This document shows positions 38,599 to 51,713 of a stretch of DNA of 64,000 nucleotides, piece by piece. Source of the DNA: Octopus vulgaris (Eukaryota); NCBI GenBank assembly GCA_951406725.2, contig OX597821.1, forward strand, positions 10,540,001 to 10,604,000, written 5' to 3'. Position numbers and translations under genes: made by a program. Under the pieces are notes generated by a model. That model had not been told where the DNA came from and did no database searches. It was given only the letters and a program-made list of their open reading frames with translations. Position 1 is the stretch's first letter. Each line of letters starts with the position of its first letter.

Positions 38599-39335
38599 TG
38601 TGTGTGTGTGTGTGTGTTTATATATAAAGTGGTTGTCTACTACTTAGGCAGAGTTTGACGACATCCCGTGAATCTGATGTGGCTTTTTTAAACCAGGCAA
38701 TGTTCTGAAAATATACCCACATAGATTGCACCTCCCATTTGGAGCAGCAGATGAGTTCTGATCTTTGTGGATCTTAAAATATAGATGTTTTCGATCTAGT
38801 TTGGATTCTTTGCCATCAAATTTGAATACTTTGCAATGAAATTTGAATTTTTCAATTGGCGCTCAAGCCTTGAAAGAAAATAAGAGGTCAACTACATCAG
38901 CCGTAAGGGAATACATCTTATCTAACTCGTCGAGTAGAACCCACCAATTGATATCTGAAAAGTTCGATGAAATAACTAATGAATACTGTCATAGCTTCTA
39001 CCAAAATATGCTTCAATATATTTACGTCGTCGACCGGTCTCCCCTTGTTTATACCAAGTTCAATAAAGTTTCATATATTTTTGAATAAACTGAATTGCCA
39101 TTGAATTTCTTTAAAATGTCATTAGGAGCCGTACGCAGTCTTTCAGTTTATTAATGGCAGAAATATTCAATGAGGAAGAGGATTAACTCATAGAATTACA
39201 CAGAAGCTATTACACAATATAGGAACAATGAAATACGATTGTGCTCACTATTTTTATCGAAATTATTTTGCTTTTTTTTAAAATGGCTGACCGTTTGTAA
39301 GGAGAGACACACAAATAAGACAGAAGAAAGCAAAG

Positions 39336-39379
39336 GACCACTGATGCGGTCACAGGAGTGTGACGAAAGAACTCTGGTC
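39336..39379 (+). ncRNA. Variant type I hammerhead-like motif (CUGAUGCG core) in a repeat also present at 47510-47722
   Basis: GACCA-CUGAUGC-G-GUCAC-AGGAGU-GUGAC-GAAA-GAAC-UC-UGGUC; perfect stems I and II. Confidence 0.65.
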
Positions 39380-39811
39380 GAAATAAGATTAAGATTAATG
39401 TGAAAAATAAATAACGCTGAAGCAAAGTAACACCAAATACATAGTGCCTGTGATTTTATTGGTTAAACAGGCAAAGTGACCATTCCTAAATACAACAATA
39501 ACATGATAATTACTATATGTTTTACGGGGATGTATAAAATACTCAACTACTTCTGAGTCGTTATATTATCAGATAAAACCTACCTGATATAAACATATGG
39601 ATTTACTTATTTAATTATATTTACCAATATTTTTCTCTCTCCCGCAAATGGAATAATGACTATATAATGTGTCCTTATAAACATATACACATGCACTTCT
39701 ATATTCATTTTATCCCTCAATTACCCAGTCCTTTTCTCTATACATAGTTATATGTGTACTCATATGTATGTATATACGCATATATGTATATTTGTATTCA
39801 CCCCTGCGCCC

Positions 39812-39854
<43 letters not shown>

Positions 39855-39861
<7 letters not shown>

Positions 39862-40590
39862 TAATAAATAAATAAAACATATGCATATATACATACATAT
39901 ATGTACGTACCTACATCTACATGTATATATACATGCATATATGTGTACAGAGCACCAAAAAACGTCGAACACAATGAGAAACGAGAAATTACTCCTCATC
40001 TTCCTTCCCGTCGCGGACACGTGATGAGAAGGCTACTGCTGTCTTTCTTCTCCTGACGACCTCCAAGTAGAGACGGCAAATCTGTTGCTCCCTCGCCGTT
40101 CTCAAAAAATAGAGTTCGTAAAACTTTTTATCTCGTTCGGCTTAACATCCTTTCTTGTTTGTGTTACTGTTATTTTCCGTGTCCTGTCTTTCACTGTTTA
40201 TATGTTGTACTGTCGTTAGTGTCCTGTTTTTCTTACCATTTTTACCCCTCCGCAAAAAAATCTCAAATTTTATTTAAATTGATTTTCGCGGAAAGGAAAG
40301 TTTCATTAAAGTCATGTATCGCCTTGACCTTCGAAACGTGGAGTAGATGAAACAAAAGCGACTGAAGAAGGGGAATTTTCCTTGTTTTGTATGTCCTGTA
40401 CTCTATTTTTTTGTTGTTTAAGAAAAATGTCAATTTCCTTGGTTTTGTGTTTATGTTTTCGTTTCTCATTGTGTTCGACGTTTTCTTGGTGTCATGTACC
40501 CATATATGCATGTATATATATATGTAGAGGTAGGTACGTACTTACATGTATGTATATATGCATATTTTTTATTTATTTATTAATTTAATA
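39855..40590. mobile_element. Non-autonomous element with ~130-bp terminal inverted repeats, between (TA)n tracts
   Basis: AAATTAATAAATAAATAAAA..GTACGTACCTAC..AACGTCGAACACAATGAGAAACGA (39855-39985) is mirrored at 40458-40590. Confidence 0.8.
40245..40373 (+). ncRNA. Putative non-circularly permuted hammerhead; predicted cleavage after GUA (A40318)
   Basis: P1 CCCCU(40245-49)/AGGGG(40369-73); P2 CCGC/GCGG; stem II AAGG(40293-96)/CCUU(40328-31); GUUUCAU(40300-06)/AUGAAAC(40347-53); stem III CAUGU(40313-17)/ACGUG(40336-40); stem I UCGC(40319-22)/GCGA(40358-61); GAAA 40333-36; CUGAAGA 40362-68. Confidence 0.7.
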
Positions 40591-40634
40591 TATGACGGAA
40601 CGCACGCATCCATTTCTAAGTAAGATTGTTCTTC

Positions 40635-40656
<22 letters not shown>

Positions 40657-40665
<9 letters not shown>

Positions 40666-40758
40666 TAACAAAAAGGGTCTTTGCAACAAGTTGCTAGACC
40701 ACATACCGGTATGTGGTCTAGCAACTTGTTGCAAAGACCCTCTTTGTTATAATTATAT
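40657..40758. repeat. Spacerless ~100-bp palindrome
   Basis: Centre ACC|GGT at 40707/40708; one mismatch. Confidence 0.95.
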
Positions 40759-40859
40759 AAACTTTTACCGAATATGGTCCTTTTCCATACCGAAATACTA
40801 CTTGGTGAAATTTGTTGATTTTATTAAATTAAATATATTTCACCCTTTATCTGTATATA

Positions 40860-40952
<93 letters not shown>

Positions 40953-40979
40953 TTATATATCCCAACATACATGCAAAAC

Positions 40980-41190
40980 TACGAGGGATTCTTGACAACT
41001 TTCTGGCTTTAAGGGTGTCTGCAAAATGACTGCTTGGAAATACATTCCGTGTTCTTTTACAGGGCTGAGAAAAACCGAACAACCGTAAGTGTTGTGAATC
41101 TAAGAGGAGGGTGTATTGAATAAATTCATAATTAAGTGAGCCTCTTCTGTTTTCGTTTACCGAGAGCCAAGAACTTTTCAGCATGTTGTA
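40980..41190. mobile_element. Internally deleted mariner-type MITE
   Basis: Starts TACGAGGG..TGACAACTTTCTGGCTTT and ends AGAGCCAAGAACTTTTCAGCA; contains a remnant of the transposase C-terminus. Confidence 0.55.
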
Positions 41191-43000
41191 AAATATGTGT
41201 GTGTGTGTGCGTGTGCGTGTGTGTATGTGTGTGTGTGTGTACACTCACACAGATATGTATCGCATATACTGATATGATATTATTATTAGTTTTTTTTTAA
41301 ACGAGTGAAAATTGAAATAAAACTGAACAACATAATTCGCAAAAACAAGTAAAAAGTGATATAATAATTGCATTGAAGGTGATATCATTTTAGAATCAAA
41401 TAGGATATGAATAATTTGTCATAAAAAGTTAACATATACTCAGTTACGAATTTGCATCACAAAAAATGTGTTAAATGATATATAAGTTTGCACTAATGAA
41501 GAGATAGTGGCTTTTCAATGTCAAGCAGGAAGAAAGAATATAGGAAAAGGAAAAACAGAAATGTAAAGGAGTGTCAAGGAAGAAAGAAAAAGAAAAATAT
41601 GTAAGCTAGGTTAAAATACATTATTAGCTACAGTTGAGTGTTTGTATCATGAATTGATACAGAGTTTGATATATATATATACGCATAACAGAGATAAAGT
41701 TTATAAGAAAACATGCACAAAATAGAGAATTTAGATAGATAGAGATTTAAGTATTATGACTGTAGGATTCAAAAGGTACAAAAAAGGAGCTAAAAGGAAA
41801 TAGAGAATATAAAAAAACTGAAAGTGAAAAATGTAAAAATAATGGGACGGAATCCAAGTACTAAGCGTCTAATAACACGGATAAAATTTCTTGGGGATAT
41901 GTAAAAAAACAGTAGTATCTATTCAATTTTAGGTTGCTGATTTAAAAAATGTTTAATACAATAAGATAATACAATAAATCGATATCCTGCTCGATAAAAA
42001 GTGATATGAAAATCAAAAAGTAAAATGCTGACGCAAAAGCTAAATTGTATAAATTAGATGGCGAATACGACGGTCGGAAGAAAACAATACTAGTTAAAAC
42101 ATATAATTTTGGGCTGAAGGTAAGCAATTTTGTGTGGAGAAAAAGTGGAATAAATCAATATTGGTGGTCAACTAGTATTCAATTTATCGAACATGAAGAA
42201 TTGGACAAAATCGACATAGAGTGCTTGAAATCAGTATGTAATGGTTTCTTACATATGTCACTGAGTATGTTAGTCCGACGTGTTAAAAATTCCGCCAGGT
42301 CGGCACATTAGTTTTGGCTTCAAATATAAACATAATGTCAGCTCTTTCGGAGAAGGTGGTTAAGTCGATTAAAGTGACTCCTAGTGTTCGGGTGATATTT
42401 ATTTTTATCAACACCGAATGGATGAAAGAGTAGGTAGACTTCAGCGCAATTTGAAATCAGAACGTAAGAACGGACGAAATAGCACTCAACATTTTGCCCA
42501 GTGTGCTAACGATTCTGCTAATTCGTAGCGCTCTCGACACTTTAATATTCGGAGGAATAATAGGAACAGTATAGGAGGTAGGAAGTGAAAAACCGTCATA
42601 TATTTATTATTCGGTAGGAAATGGCTCAAATAGGAAAGAAAATCCCATGTGTGCTTCTACGAATTCAATATTTCAGAATTTGGTTTAAGATTGATTTGTA
42701 CTATAACATAATATTTCTCAATTAAAGCCTTGTTTAATATTCAACATATACACTCGTGCAAACGCATGTGCAATAGAGTGCATGTATGCATGGAAGCACG
42801 CATATATTTATATACATATACAGTCAACTTGAAAATTATTCATGCCCTCGTTAATTTGTGATATTTTTTAATTTTTGTTATGGAATGAATGCATTTAGAC
42901 TAGTTTCTGCATGAGTTTCTAGCAGTAATACCCATCGTTGATGGAGCAGTTACTTTAACTGTTTCTAGGAGCTACATTCAAAGTACTGCTATATTTATAA

Positions 43001-44405
43001 CTAGCATTATGACCCGTCGTTGCCGGGTCATAGTGCTAGTGCATGTATATATATGTACATATTACATGTACATCTATATATATAAATCTACACATAAAAT
43101 ACAAAATACAAAGTTATATCTTGATATCGCAAGTGATAACAATACTCAAAATATATAACAGGCTGGAATTGTAGGTCCATCTCTTGCAATTTCGATCAAT
43201 TGTATCTTGTCCTACCTCTTGTATAGAAGTGTGGCTACAATCCAGCCTACATCTACTACTGGGGGGACATTTTAAATTTTTATCCGGCACGTGCTACGTC
43301 CCAGATATAAAGGTAAAAATAAAATATTTCCACTTTGCAAGGTTCGAGTCGAGTACTCCCTTGTATGCTCCATTGACTCGAAACTTACTTCTATTGTGGA
43401 GAATTTACCGCCCCTGGTTACATATCTTTCATAGTCGCACCAAAACACTTTTTGATGGTGCTTTCCTCCAGGTGTTCAAATCTTTATTTTTTTCCCTACA
43501 TTGTATACTTTATAGACAATAGTCTTTCCTTTAATTAATTTTTTTTATTTCGTTTGGTGGTGTTATCCTAGAATCACCGTCTTTGTCGGTGATCAATCCG
43601 AAATGGGTTTGTATTTCTTCCATTTTAATTTTAATGAGTTCCCGCCCGCCAACGGCTGCAGCGAAATTCATTTTTGGACTTTCTTCTATCGAAGGCATTC
43701 TAACAAAAATGTTTCCGTATAAACGGTGAAAATATTGTCAATTTCCCCAAACAGGGGCACAAATCAATTTTTCAACAATAACCAAAGCTCCTTCTCCCAA
43801 AGGGGGAGGGTTACAGTTTACAATTATTTAACAAGTGCAACACAACAACGTTTCCCTTAGGAGGAACAACAAACGTGATAACGATAGTTAAACAGTAATA
43901 ATAATAACAACAAAACTTACGGTGAATCAAAAAGCAGTACGCAGTTGATTTAATTTAATTTATTCCCATTCATGTGAAAACACTTATTCAAGTTCAAGTC
44001 ATTGATGCAATTTTATACCAATTGCTATTTTTACTTTTGTTATGTTATGATTATATTATACTTTAGTTTGATTTTAATTATTACTTACTACAATAATTCA
44101 ATTATTATTATTATCTCTAATTTTTATTGTTACAGTGAAAGTATCTGACATAAAATAGAGAAATGTTTTTGTTTCACTTTTCACACGTAATACTGAAATA
44201 GTGGAGAAGATATGATATTGCTATGGGCTCGCCCTAGGCTCGCCCTAGGCTAGAAGTTGATCATTGTTTTTGCCCAAGAAACTACATGGACCCTAAGTAA
44301 AGCATGTGTAAAATTTGAATGAAATTAGTTGTGTAGTTCTCAAGTTTTAGGGAAACACACAGACAGACAGACAGACACACATTCTCAGTTTTATATATAG
44401 AGAGA
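43001..44405 (-). mobile_element. Non-autonomous Helitron with both termini
   Basis: Minus strand begins A|TC TCTCTATATATAAAA, then a (CTGT)n tract, and ends with hairpin GACCCG-GCAACGA-CGGGTC then CTAG|T; A/T insertion site without TSD. Confidence 0.88.
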
Positions 44406-44689
44406 TTTACTCCTCATTTATGTGTGTAGTTTTGTAAGAGAAAAGACGTGTAATAATTGAAGTAGTAAAACGTTCAATTTCATACGTCCATTTCAGTTTC
44501 TTTATTATATAATAATAATAAACGTGTTGTATGTGTCATTTTATTTATCAATACAATAATAGCAATTATATAATACAGTGCATTTAAATAGGTACTTTGC
44601 TCATTCGTGAATGTAATGATATAATAGTATAAATTAAGTTATTGAAGTATTCATGTTGCATTAAGAGTTAATAACTTTACTACAACCAG

Positions 44690-45000
44690 TGAGAATATTT
44701 ACATCAATGCAATTTTTCATGTGTTTGTGCACAATTAAACTTGTACCGTTGCATAATTTTGGATGAAACAAATTATGTAATAGAATAACAGTAATCCGTT
44801 TGTTTCAACCGAAGACAATGATGAGCTGTACCTGGTGGTTCCAGTGAGTTCAAATATTCGATGGGGTACTTAAAAATATCCTGATCATGAACAAGAATGT
44901 CAATTGAGTTATAAGTGAATATTTCTCCTGGAAGTATTAATGCTATATATGGAGCCAGGACAGGTCGCTCACGTATCAAATCTGTATCGTAATTATGAAG
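44690..45000 (-). pseudogene. Helitron PIF1-like helicase remnant
   Basis: TYNSID..YPIEYLNSLEPPGTAHHCLRLK, then after a frameshift KLCNGTSLIV..ILTG. Confidence 0.8.
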
Positions 45001-45139
45001 AAGATTAGCAAAGACTTCATCCACGGAATCAGTTGAATTAAATATTAGACTGAGTGTAAGAAATTAGGCAATAGCATAATAGTTTCCCTTGAAACAGTTA
45101 CTTTCATTTTCCTCACCGGAGGAAAAAAGAGACACAATG

Positions 45140-45254
<115 letters not shown>

Positions 45255-45261
45255 TATATAG

Positions 45262-45298
<37 letters not shown>

Positions 45299-45467
45299 TA
45301 TAGTCATGTATGTATGTATACAGATAGATAGATACATACATATATACATACTTACATACATACATATATGCAAAAAAGGTTGAAACCATTTCAAATACTT
45401 TATCACATCGCCAGCCTGTGATAAATCATACAGGTTAGAACTTGTACTAATATATAATTATATGATA

Positions 45468-45531
<64 letters not shown>

Positions 45532-45730
45532 GGGTGCGGATAAACGCCACCAACACGCTACAAATAGACACGGACAGATGAATAAGTGAAGAAGACTTTG
45601 TAAAAATGGTTAATAGTAGATCGATTTCTGGTTTGGTTATGCAAAATCCCTGGCTGTCATCAGTAGAATAAGTCCATAATATATGAATGCAAATATTTAA
45701 ACACATTCATTCGAACAATATATATCCATA

Positions 45731-45946
45731 TACTCTCTTTTTACTCTTTTACTTGTTTCAGTCATTTGACTGCGGCCATGCTGGAGCACCGCCTTTAGTC
45801 GAGCAAATCGACCCCGGACTTATTCTTTGTAAGCCCAGTACTTATTCTATCGGTGTCTTTTGCCGAACCGCTAAGTGACGGGGACGTAAACACACCACCA
45901 TCAGTTGTCAAGCGATGCTAAGGGACAAACACAGACACACAACAAC

Positions 45947-46022
<76 letters not shown>

Positions 46023-46185
46023 GAGAGGCTTTTTTCAGTTTCCGTCTACCAAATCCACACGCAAGGCATTGGTCGGCCTGGGGCTATAGCAGAAGACACT
46101 TGCCGAAGATGCCAGGTAGTGGGACTGAACCCGGAACCATGTGGTTGATTAGCAAGCTACTTACCACACAGCCACTCCTGCGCCT
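45731..46185 (-). mobile_element. tRNA-derived SINE with internal (TA)n(TG)n tract and (AAAGAGTA)n tail
   Basis: Head AGGCGCAGGAGTGGCTGTGTGGTAAGTAGCTTGC..GGTTCAGTCCC; CORE-like GGCAAGTGTCTTCTGCTATAGCC. Confidence 0.88.
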
Positions 46186-46538
46186 ACATTTACATGTATA
46201 AACTAGTTAAATCCAATTCTTTCATCTCAACCTCGTGTTTCTAAGATCAAAATGACACTGTAGCGAATGTAATTTGATAAGGGGTAAACATATATATATA
46301 TCTATACAAAATTACGGATAAAATCATTTTAATTATTTCATCAAGTGGCCAGCGTGTAATAAAACCATACAGGTAACTATTAATATATAATTAAATTATA
46401 TAATTATATTAAAGGGTGCGGATGAGCCACAAATTAAGCATTTTGAAAACGTCCACTAGTCTATTTACACACTTATGATCTTGTGTGTATAAGCACATAT
46501 GTATTTATATCTACCTCTCGCTCTCTGTATATACGTAA

Positions 46539-46592
<54 letters not shown>

Positions 46593-47232
46593 AAGCGTGT
46601 GTGTGCACGTGCTCGTGCCCGATTGTCTGTAAGTATGTACATGTATATATCAATATAAATACATCCGTACACGCACGTATTTAGAAAACAAACCGAAAAT
46701 TCATACAAGGTACTGAATACTCAAACGGACAGTACTTGCTTCTAACTATTTTGTAAGAATTTTTTTTACAAAATTGGTCCTTTTCCGTTCTTGGATAATC
46801 GTGTACAAATCTAGTCATTATCATCGATTTAAAACGTAAATGTACTTTTTTTTTTTCCTGAGGAAAGTGTAAAGAGCAATACGACCTGAAAATAATGACC
46901 ACTGGAAAAGCAAGAGGCCAGATTTTTAAATAGTTGACATATAAAGAGACTTTGGTATTTGCTAACCTGTAATCTTCTGTCCCATCTATTATAGTCAAAA
47001 TCTGTAATATTACCCAAACGATGCGCCCATCATTTGAGCAGCTGCTAAATGACAGAATACAGTTCCACAGCAGATTTACATCTAATTAACCTTAACATGA
47101 ACACATTATTATATACAAACACAATGCAGGAGTAATTGGTTATACAGAAGCACATTTGAAACAAGCTGATCAATAGCTACATAGACATACGTAGCTCAAT
47201 TGACATAAAATATTTACGAAGATTAAAAGAAG

Positions 47233-47267
<35 letters not shown>

Positions 47268-47321
47268 GTTTATATATTTGTTGTGCAAGATTTCTTATGT
47301 GAAGTCGTGTGTTGAAACAGA

Positions 47322-47719
47322 TATTATTATATTTCGGAATGGTCATTTTGCCAGTTTAGCCAATAAAAACACGCGCACTATATATTTGGTGTTACTTTGC
47401 TTCAGTGTTATTTATTTTTTACATTAATCTTAATCTTATGTCGGCTAGAGTTCTTTCGTCTCACTCCTTACTAACCGTCAGCTATTTTGTATTTCTATTC
47501 TTGAAATACAAAATGGCTGACGGTTAGTTAGTAGAGACACAAATAAGAAAGAAGAAAACAAAGGACTACTGATGCGGTCACAGGAGTGTGACGAAAGAAC
47601 TCTGACTGAAATAGGATTAATATTAATGTAAAAAATAAATAACAAAGTAACACCAAATATATAGCGCGTGTGTTTTTATTGGCTTAACTGGCAAAATGAC
47701 CATTCCGAAATATAATTAT

Positions 47720-47722
<3 letters not shown>
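47322..47722. mobile_element. ~400-bp fold-back element of the 39280-39500 family, between (TA)n tracts
   Basis: Arms mirror about 47498; the right arm carries the CUGAUGCG hammerhead variant (47564-47607) and the left arm has lost the CUGA strand. Confidence 0.88.
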
Positions 47723-47764
<42 letters not shown>

Positions 47765-47946
47765 GGAGAGATTATACAGAATTTAAAATTGGATGATATC
47801 TATATGTGTGCGTGTCTGTATGTGTCTGTGAATATGCGTTTGAATATATAATACATAGAAATATATATGTAATTATAATATGAATATAATACACAAGTGT
47901 ATGTCATTTATTTATTTACATACGTGTGTGTTAATATACGCATATA

Positions 47947-47992
<46 letters not shown>

Positions 47993-48097
47993 GTTAACCC
48001 AAACATGAAAACACAAAGAGAAAACACAACAACGCGAGAACGTCGTGGAACAAATATAGTTTTATTGGATGGTCAGGAAATGAAAGAAAGAAGGATG

Positions 48098-48134
48098 ATG
48101 TAACGTTTTGAGCGGAGCTCTTCATCAGAAACAT
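48098..48134 (-). ncRNA. Degenerate type I hammerhead (Penelope-like relic)
   Basis: AUGUUU-CUGAUGA-A-GAGC-UCC-GCUC-aAAA-CGUU-ACAU; G12 mutated to A. Confidence 0.6.
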
Positions 48135-48716
48135 AGGAAAAGGAAAGATCCAACGAACGGAAGACGTAAGACAAACATAGCCAACGATGCACACGCGGTC
48201 AATATATATCCCTATCTATATATATACACACACATATATGTACAAGTCTGTAGATTAATCCTAAACCTGGTGTGCACGTATTACATTTGTATGTAGCTAC
48301 TGCTAACAGTATAATTCATGGTATTCTCATCCTAATAGCTATGGTATACGAGGCAGGCTGCGTATAAACTGGCTTCACTCTTTCTCCTAAACTCATATTA
48401 CCATTACAGTATTTCCGCATTTTCCTACCACTTAAGCAACAAATATTTAGTCTTTGAACTAAATATATTCACTTTTTGCGAACAAGATCCCCTTCGATAA
48501 CTGGATATGCTTTGTAAGATAGTGTATGCGTGTGTGCCTGTGAGTGCATGCGTGATTGTATGTAAGAGTGTATTTGTTCTTGTGCTTACATGTATGAAGC
48601 TGGGTGAATAATCTCTAAATATAATTCAATGAATAAATTTCTATTTCAGTCTCCTTTTCCAGACTGACAAATTAAATCAGACAAATTATTTTTTATCATT
48701 ATTACAGTCGGAATAT

Positions 48717-48788
<72 letters not shown>

Positions 48789-50891
48789 ATATTTAATTAC
48801 CACAATGTTGTAAAAAATATTATCCTTGTAAAATATGCAAACAGTCGGACGTTTAATATTAACTGCCGTTGGTGAAATTTCAACACAAAATAAATTAAAT
48901 CTTACACGTTGTTTTTCTATTTTTGTTTATGTTTTTGTCGTTGTTATTCTTATTCGAACATATCTGTTTTCAAAGACGAAATATTGTTATGATTCCGTCC
49001 TGCAGATTCAGACAGAACGCATCAAACTGTATATTCCCTTATGCATTTTACTCTTTTTAAATTATTAGATGGAGAAATGGGAGATATAAAGGCCCCTTAC
49101 TGCATGTTCAAGTAATGTTTCGTTATTTCCATATCGGCTCGAAATCACTAGATGTAGAATTAACATCACATTAAATTCTACATCAGTAGATGTAGAATTT
49201 AATTTCTTCACTTGATAGTATAAATATTGATGTTATTGCAGTCTTTTACCATTTCCCCATCAATGTTTCAAATTAAAACACCGATCTACCTGAAAAAAAT
49301 CTATAGAAATTATCTTAAATTCTGTGTCCAGAGGATATTTTTCGTCATCACTGCCTTAAATCAGTGGGAATGGGTTTGCATTCTAGGGTATACCCTTTAC
49401 TTTCACTTGTATGTATGTTTGGAGTCTCGGCTAAAAACAAAAATCAGTACATTAATATTCCTGAGTTGAAAAAGCTAAGAAATCTTAAATTATTCTGTAA
49501 TATATATAGCCAACAACAGTGAACACAGTTTAAAAATTTTATAAATTCATTTCAAAAATAAGATATAAAATATATGATAAATATACCTTTTCAAGAGGGA
49601 ATTAAATCCTATTTCTAGAACAGATAAAGTACGAAATTACTGCTCTACATCATTGGCGAGAATCTCAGTTAATAACGCATTCTTATGCTTCCATATCAGT
49701 GATTTCCAGTCAGAAGACATGAGCAGTTATAAGACGTATTGTTTCGACAGGACATAAGGAGACCAGTAGAAATGTTTGCAAATATGAGTGTAAAACAAGA
49801 ATAGAGGATTATTTTCTTCTCCCTAACTATAGTCACGTAAGCTCTTCAAAAATATATGTCCGCATTATAATAAAAACAGAATGCGGATTTCAAGAAGCAG
49901 TTTTCCAGCAGAACAGATTATGAAGACTTCATACGTGCTTCCAATGGAAATACAGTTAAAGAATGAAGAATGTACGCATGATAGAACATTCAGGACTATA
50001 GGGAAAAAATAAAGCAAGTTGCAGACAAATATTTAAAAATATTTAATGTTTACTTAAAAATAAATGGCTGGTGGTGTTGTAGAGTACGCTATAACACAAA
50101 CAGAAACTGACACACGCAATCTAGCGCGCGCAATTGGTTTTGGCTGCACACGCAGACGCTCATATACCTATATATTTATATATATGAACATTAATAGTTT
50201 ACGCTATAGAGCAGTACGCTAAATTGTTTATGTTGTAAAATACTGAAACAATAACCACTTCAGACAAGTAATCAAAAAGCGGTGAATAATGCAAACACAT
50301 ATCCACGGGGTAGCAATTCACTATACCCAAGATTGAACCAGAGTCTCCAGCAGTTTCAAAGAGAATTTCTGAATTGAGCCTGCGTCCTTGTGCAGAATGG
50401 TGGGCTCATGACGTCACATTCACTGGAATCACACCCAGAGAGAAGTAAGGAGAAATTGCTTCGCACGATATCCATGTCACGTTTTTCCGTCACAGGCTTC
50501 ACAGATTATTCTGTTGTAGTTATGTGCTCGGCATTTTCACACCTGGCGCAAACTGTTTATGATAAAGGGGAAACTTCTCAAATATTCAGGTAGCTTCTAT
50601 TTGGCATAGACTTCTGTGCTGGTTCACTTTTTCGCGTTTGCAAATATGATTCTTACTCACTCTCTCCCTCGCTTTCTCTCTCTCTCCCTCTCTCCCTCTC
50701 TCCCTCATCTGTTTATTGTTCGAGAAATATTTAAGAAATATCGTGAAATATTTAGTCCGACCATCTAGTACATGTGTGCTTGTGTGTGTGTGTCCTTGTG
50801 TGCGTGTATGTGTTCCTGTCTGTCTCTGTGTATGTCAATGTATGTATGTCAGTATGTATACATATGCATATATATATATATACATATGCAG

Positions 50892-50962
<71 letters not shown>

Positions 50963-51009
50963 TTACTTATTGAATACAATATGCGTTTTTGTGGTATTAT
51001 TAAGTTTCA

Positions 51010-51260
51010 TGGATGGCGCATATTATTTTCTACCATGCCTGGTCTTCCAATGAGTTCCACAGGCACTGTCCATATGTCCTTGTAAGCAAAATATACTGAC
51101 GCATTGTATGTTAAAAAATCTTTAAGTACTTGTCCCTTCTTAATCAAATGCTTCTGAATTAAAGAAAGGAAATTCCTAGTTACGTTGGTGGAAACTTCTA
51201 GATTAATTGAGGGGCTGAACCTGTATACAGCTACATTTCTCCGTAAGTCCATTTTCGGGT
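51010..51260 (-). pseudogene. Penelope-like element ORF remnant (RT C-terminal/linker region)
   Basis: RRNVAVYRFSPSINLEVSTNVTRNFLSLIQKHL resembles the PLE motif R.IIWFNPPF...V.TN....FL.LI.KHF. Confidence 0.55.
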
Positions 51261-51713
51261 TAGTGGTGTGGTGGGGTCGTTCAGATAGGCTAACTAGTCG
51301 GAAAATTCACTTCTCTATAATGCGTCATTGCTATTAGATAGCCGAATTCTTTCAATATCTTTATCAAATCCTTCCTAAACATATCCATTATTGGCTTTTC
51401 ATAATGCCGTTCTGTTTTTCCCTGTAAAGTGACCATCTATGAGGGTAAGTAATTTTGTTTTGAGAACGTCCAATATACATAATACGAGGTCTGCGATTGG
51501 GCCCCATCGAATATTTCTATATAAACTTTGAAGATTGCTATCTTTCTAAACTTGGATTAATTTCTGGCTTTCACGTTGATTCTGACATCGAGGGCACTTA
51601 TGCTGGTGAATTTTTATTCTTCATATATTTGCCTCACAATTAATAGCTACTACTACACGTAGTACTCCCTCTACTTCTTAACACCCATTCCTCTATCATT
51701 TATACTATAATAC

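Noticed and set aside
38630-39150. Possible Tc1 transposase remnant on the minus strand
   Set aside because: Only faint motif resemblance (KFDG) and no TIRs found; too weak to call.
50330-50600. CRE site (TGACGTCA) and short ORFs as a promoter or first exon
   Set aside because: A single 8-mer is expected by chance in 64 kb and there is no supporting transcript evidence.
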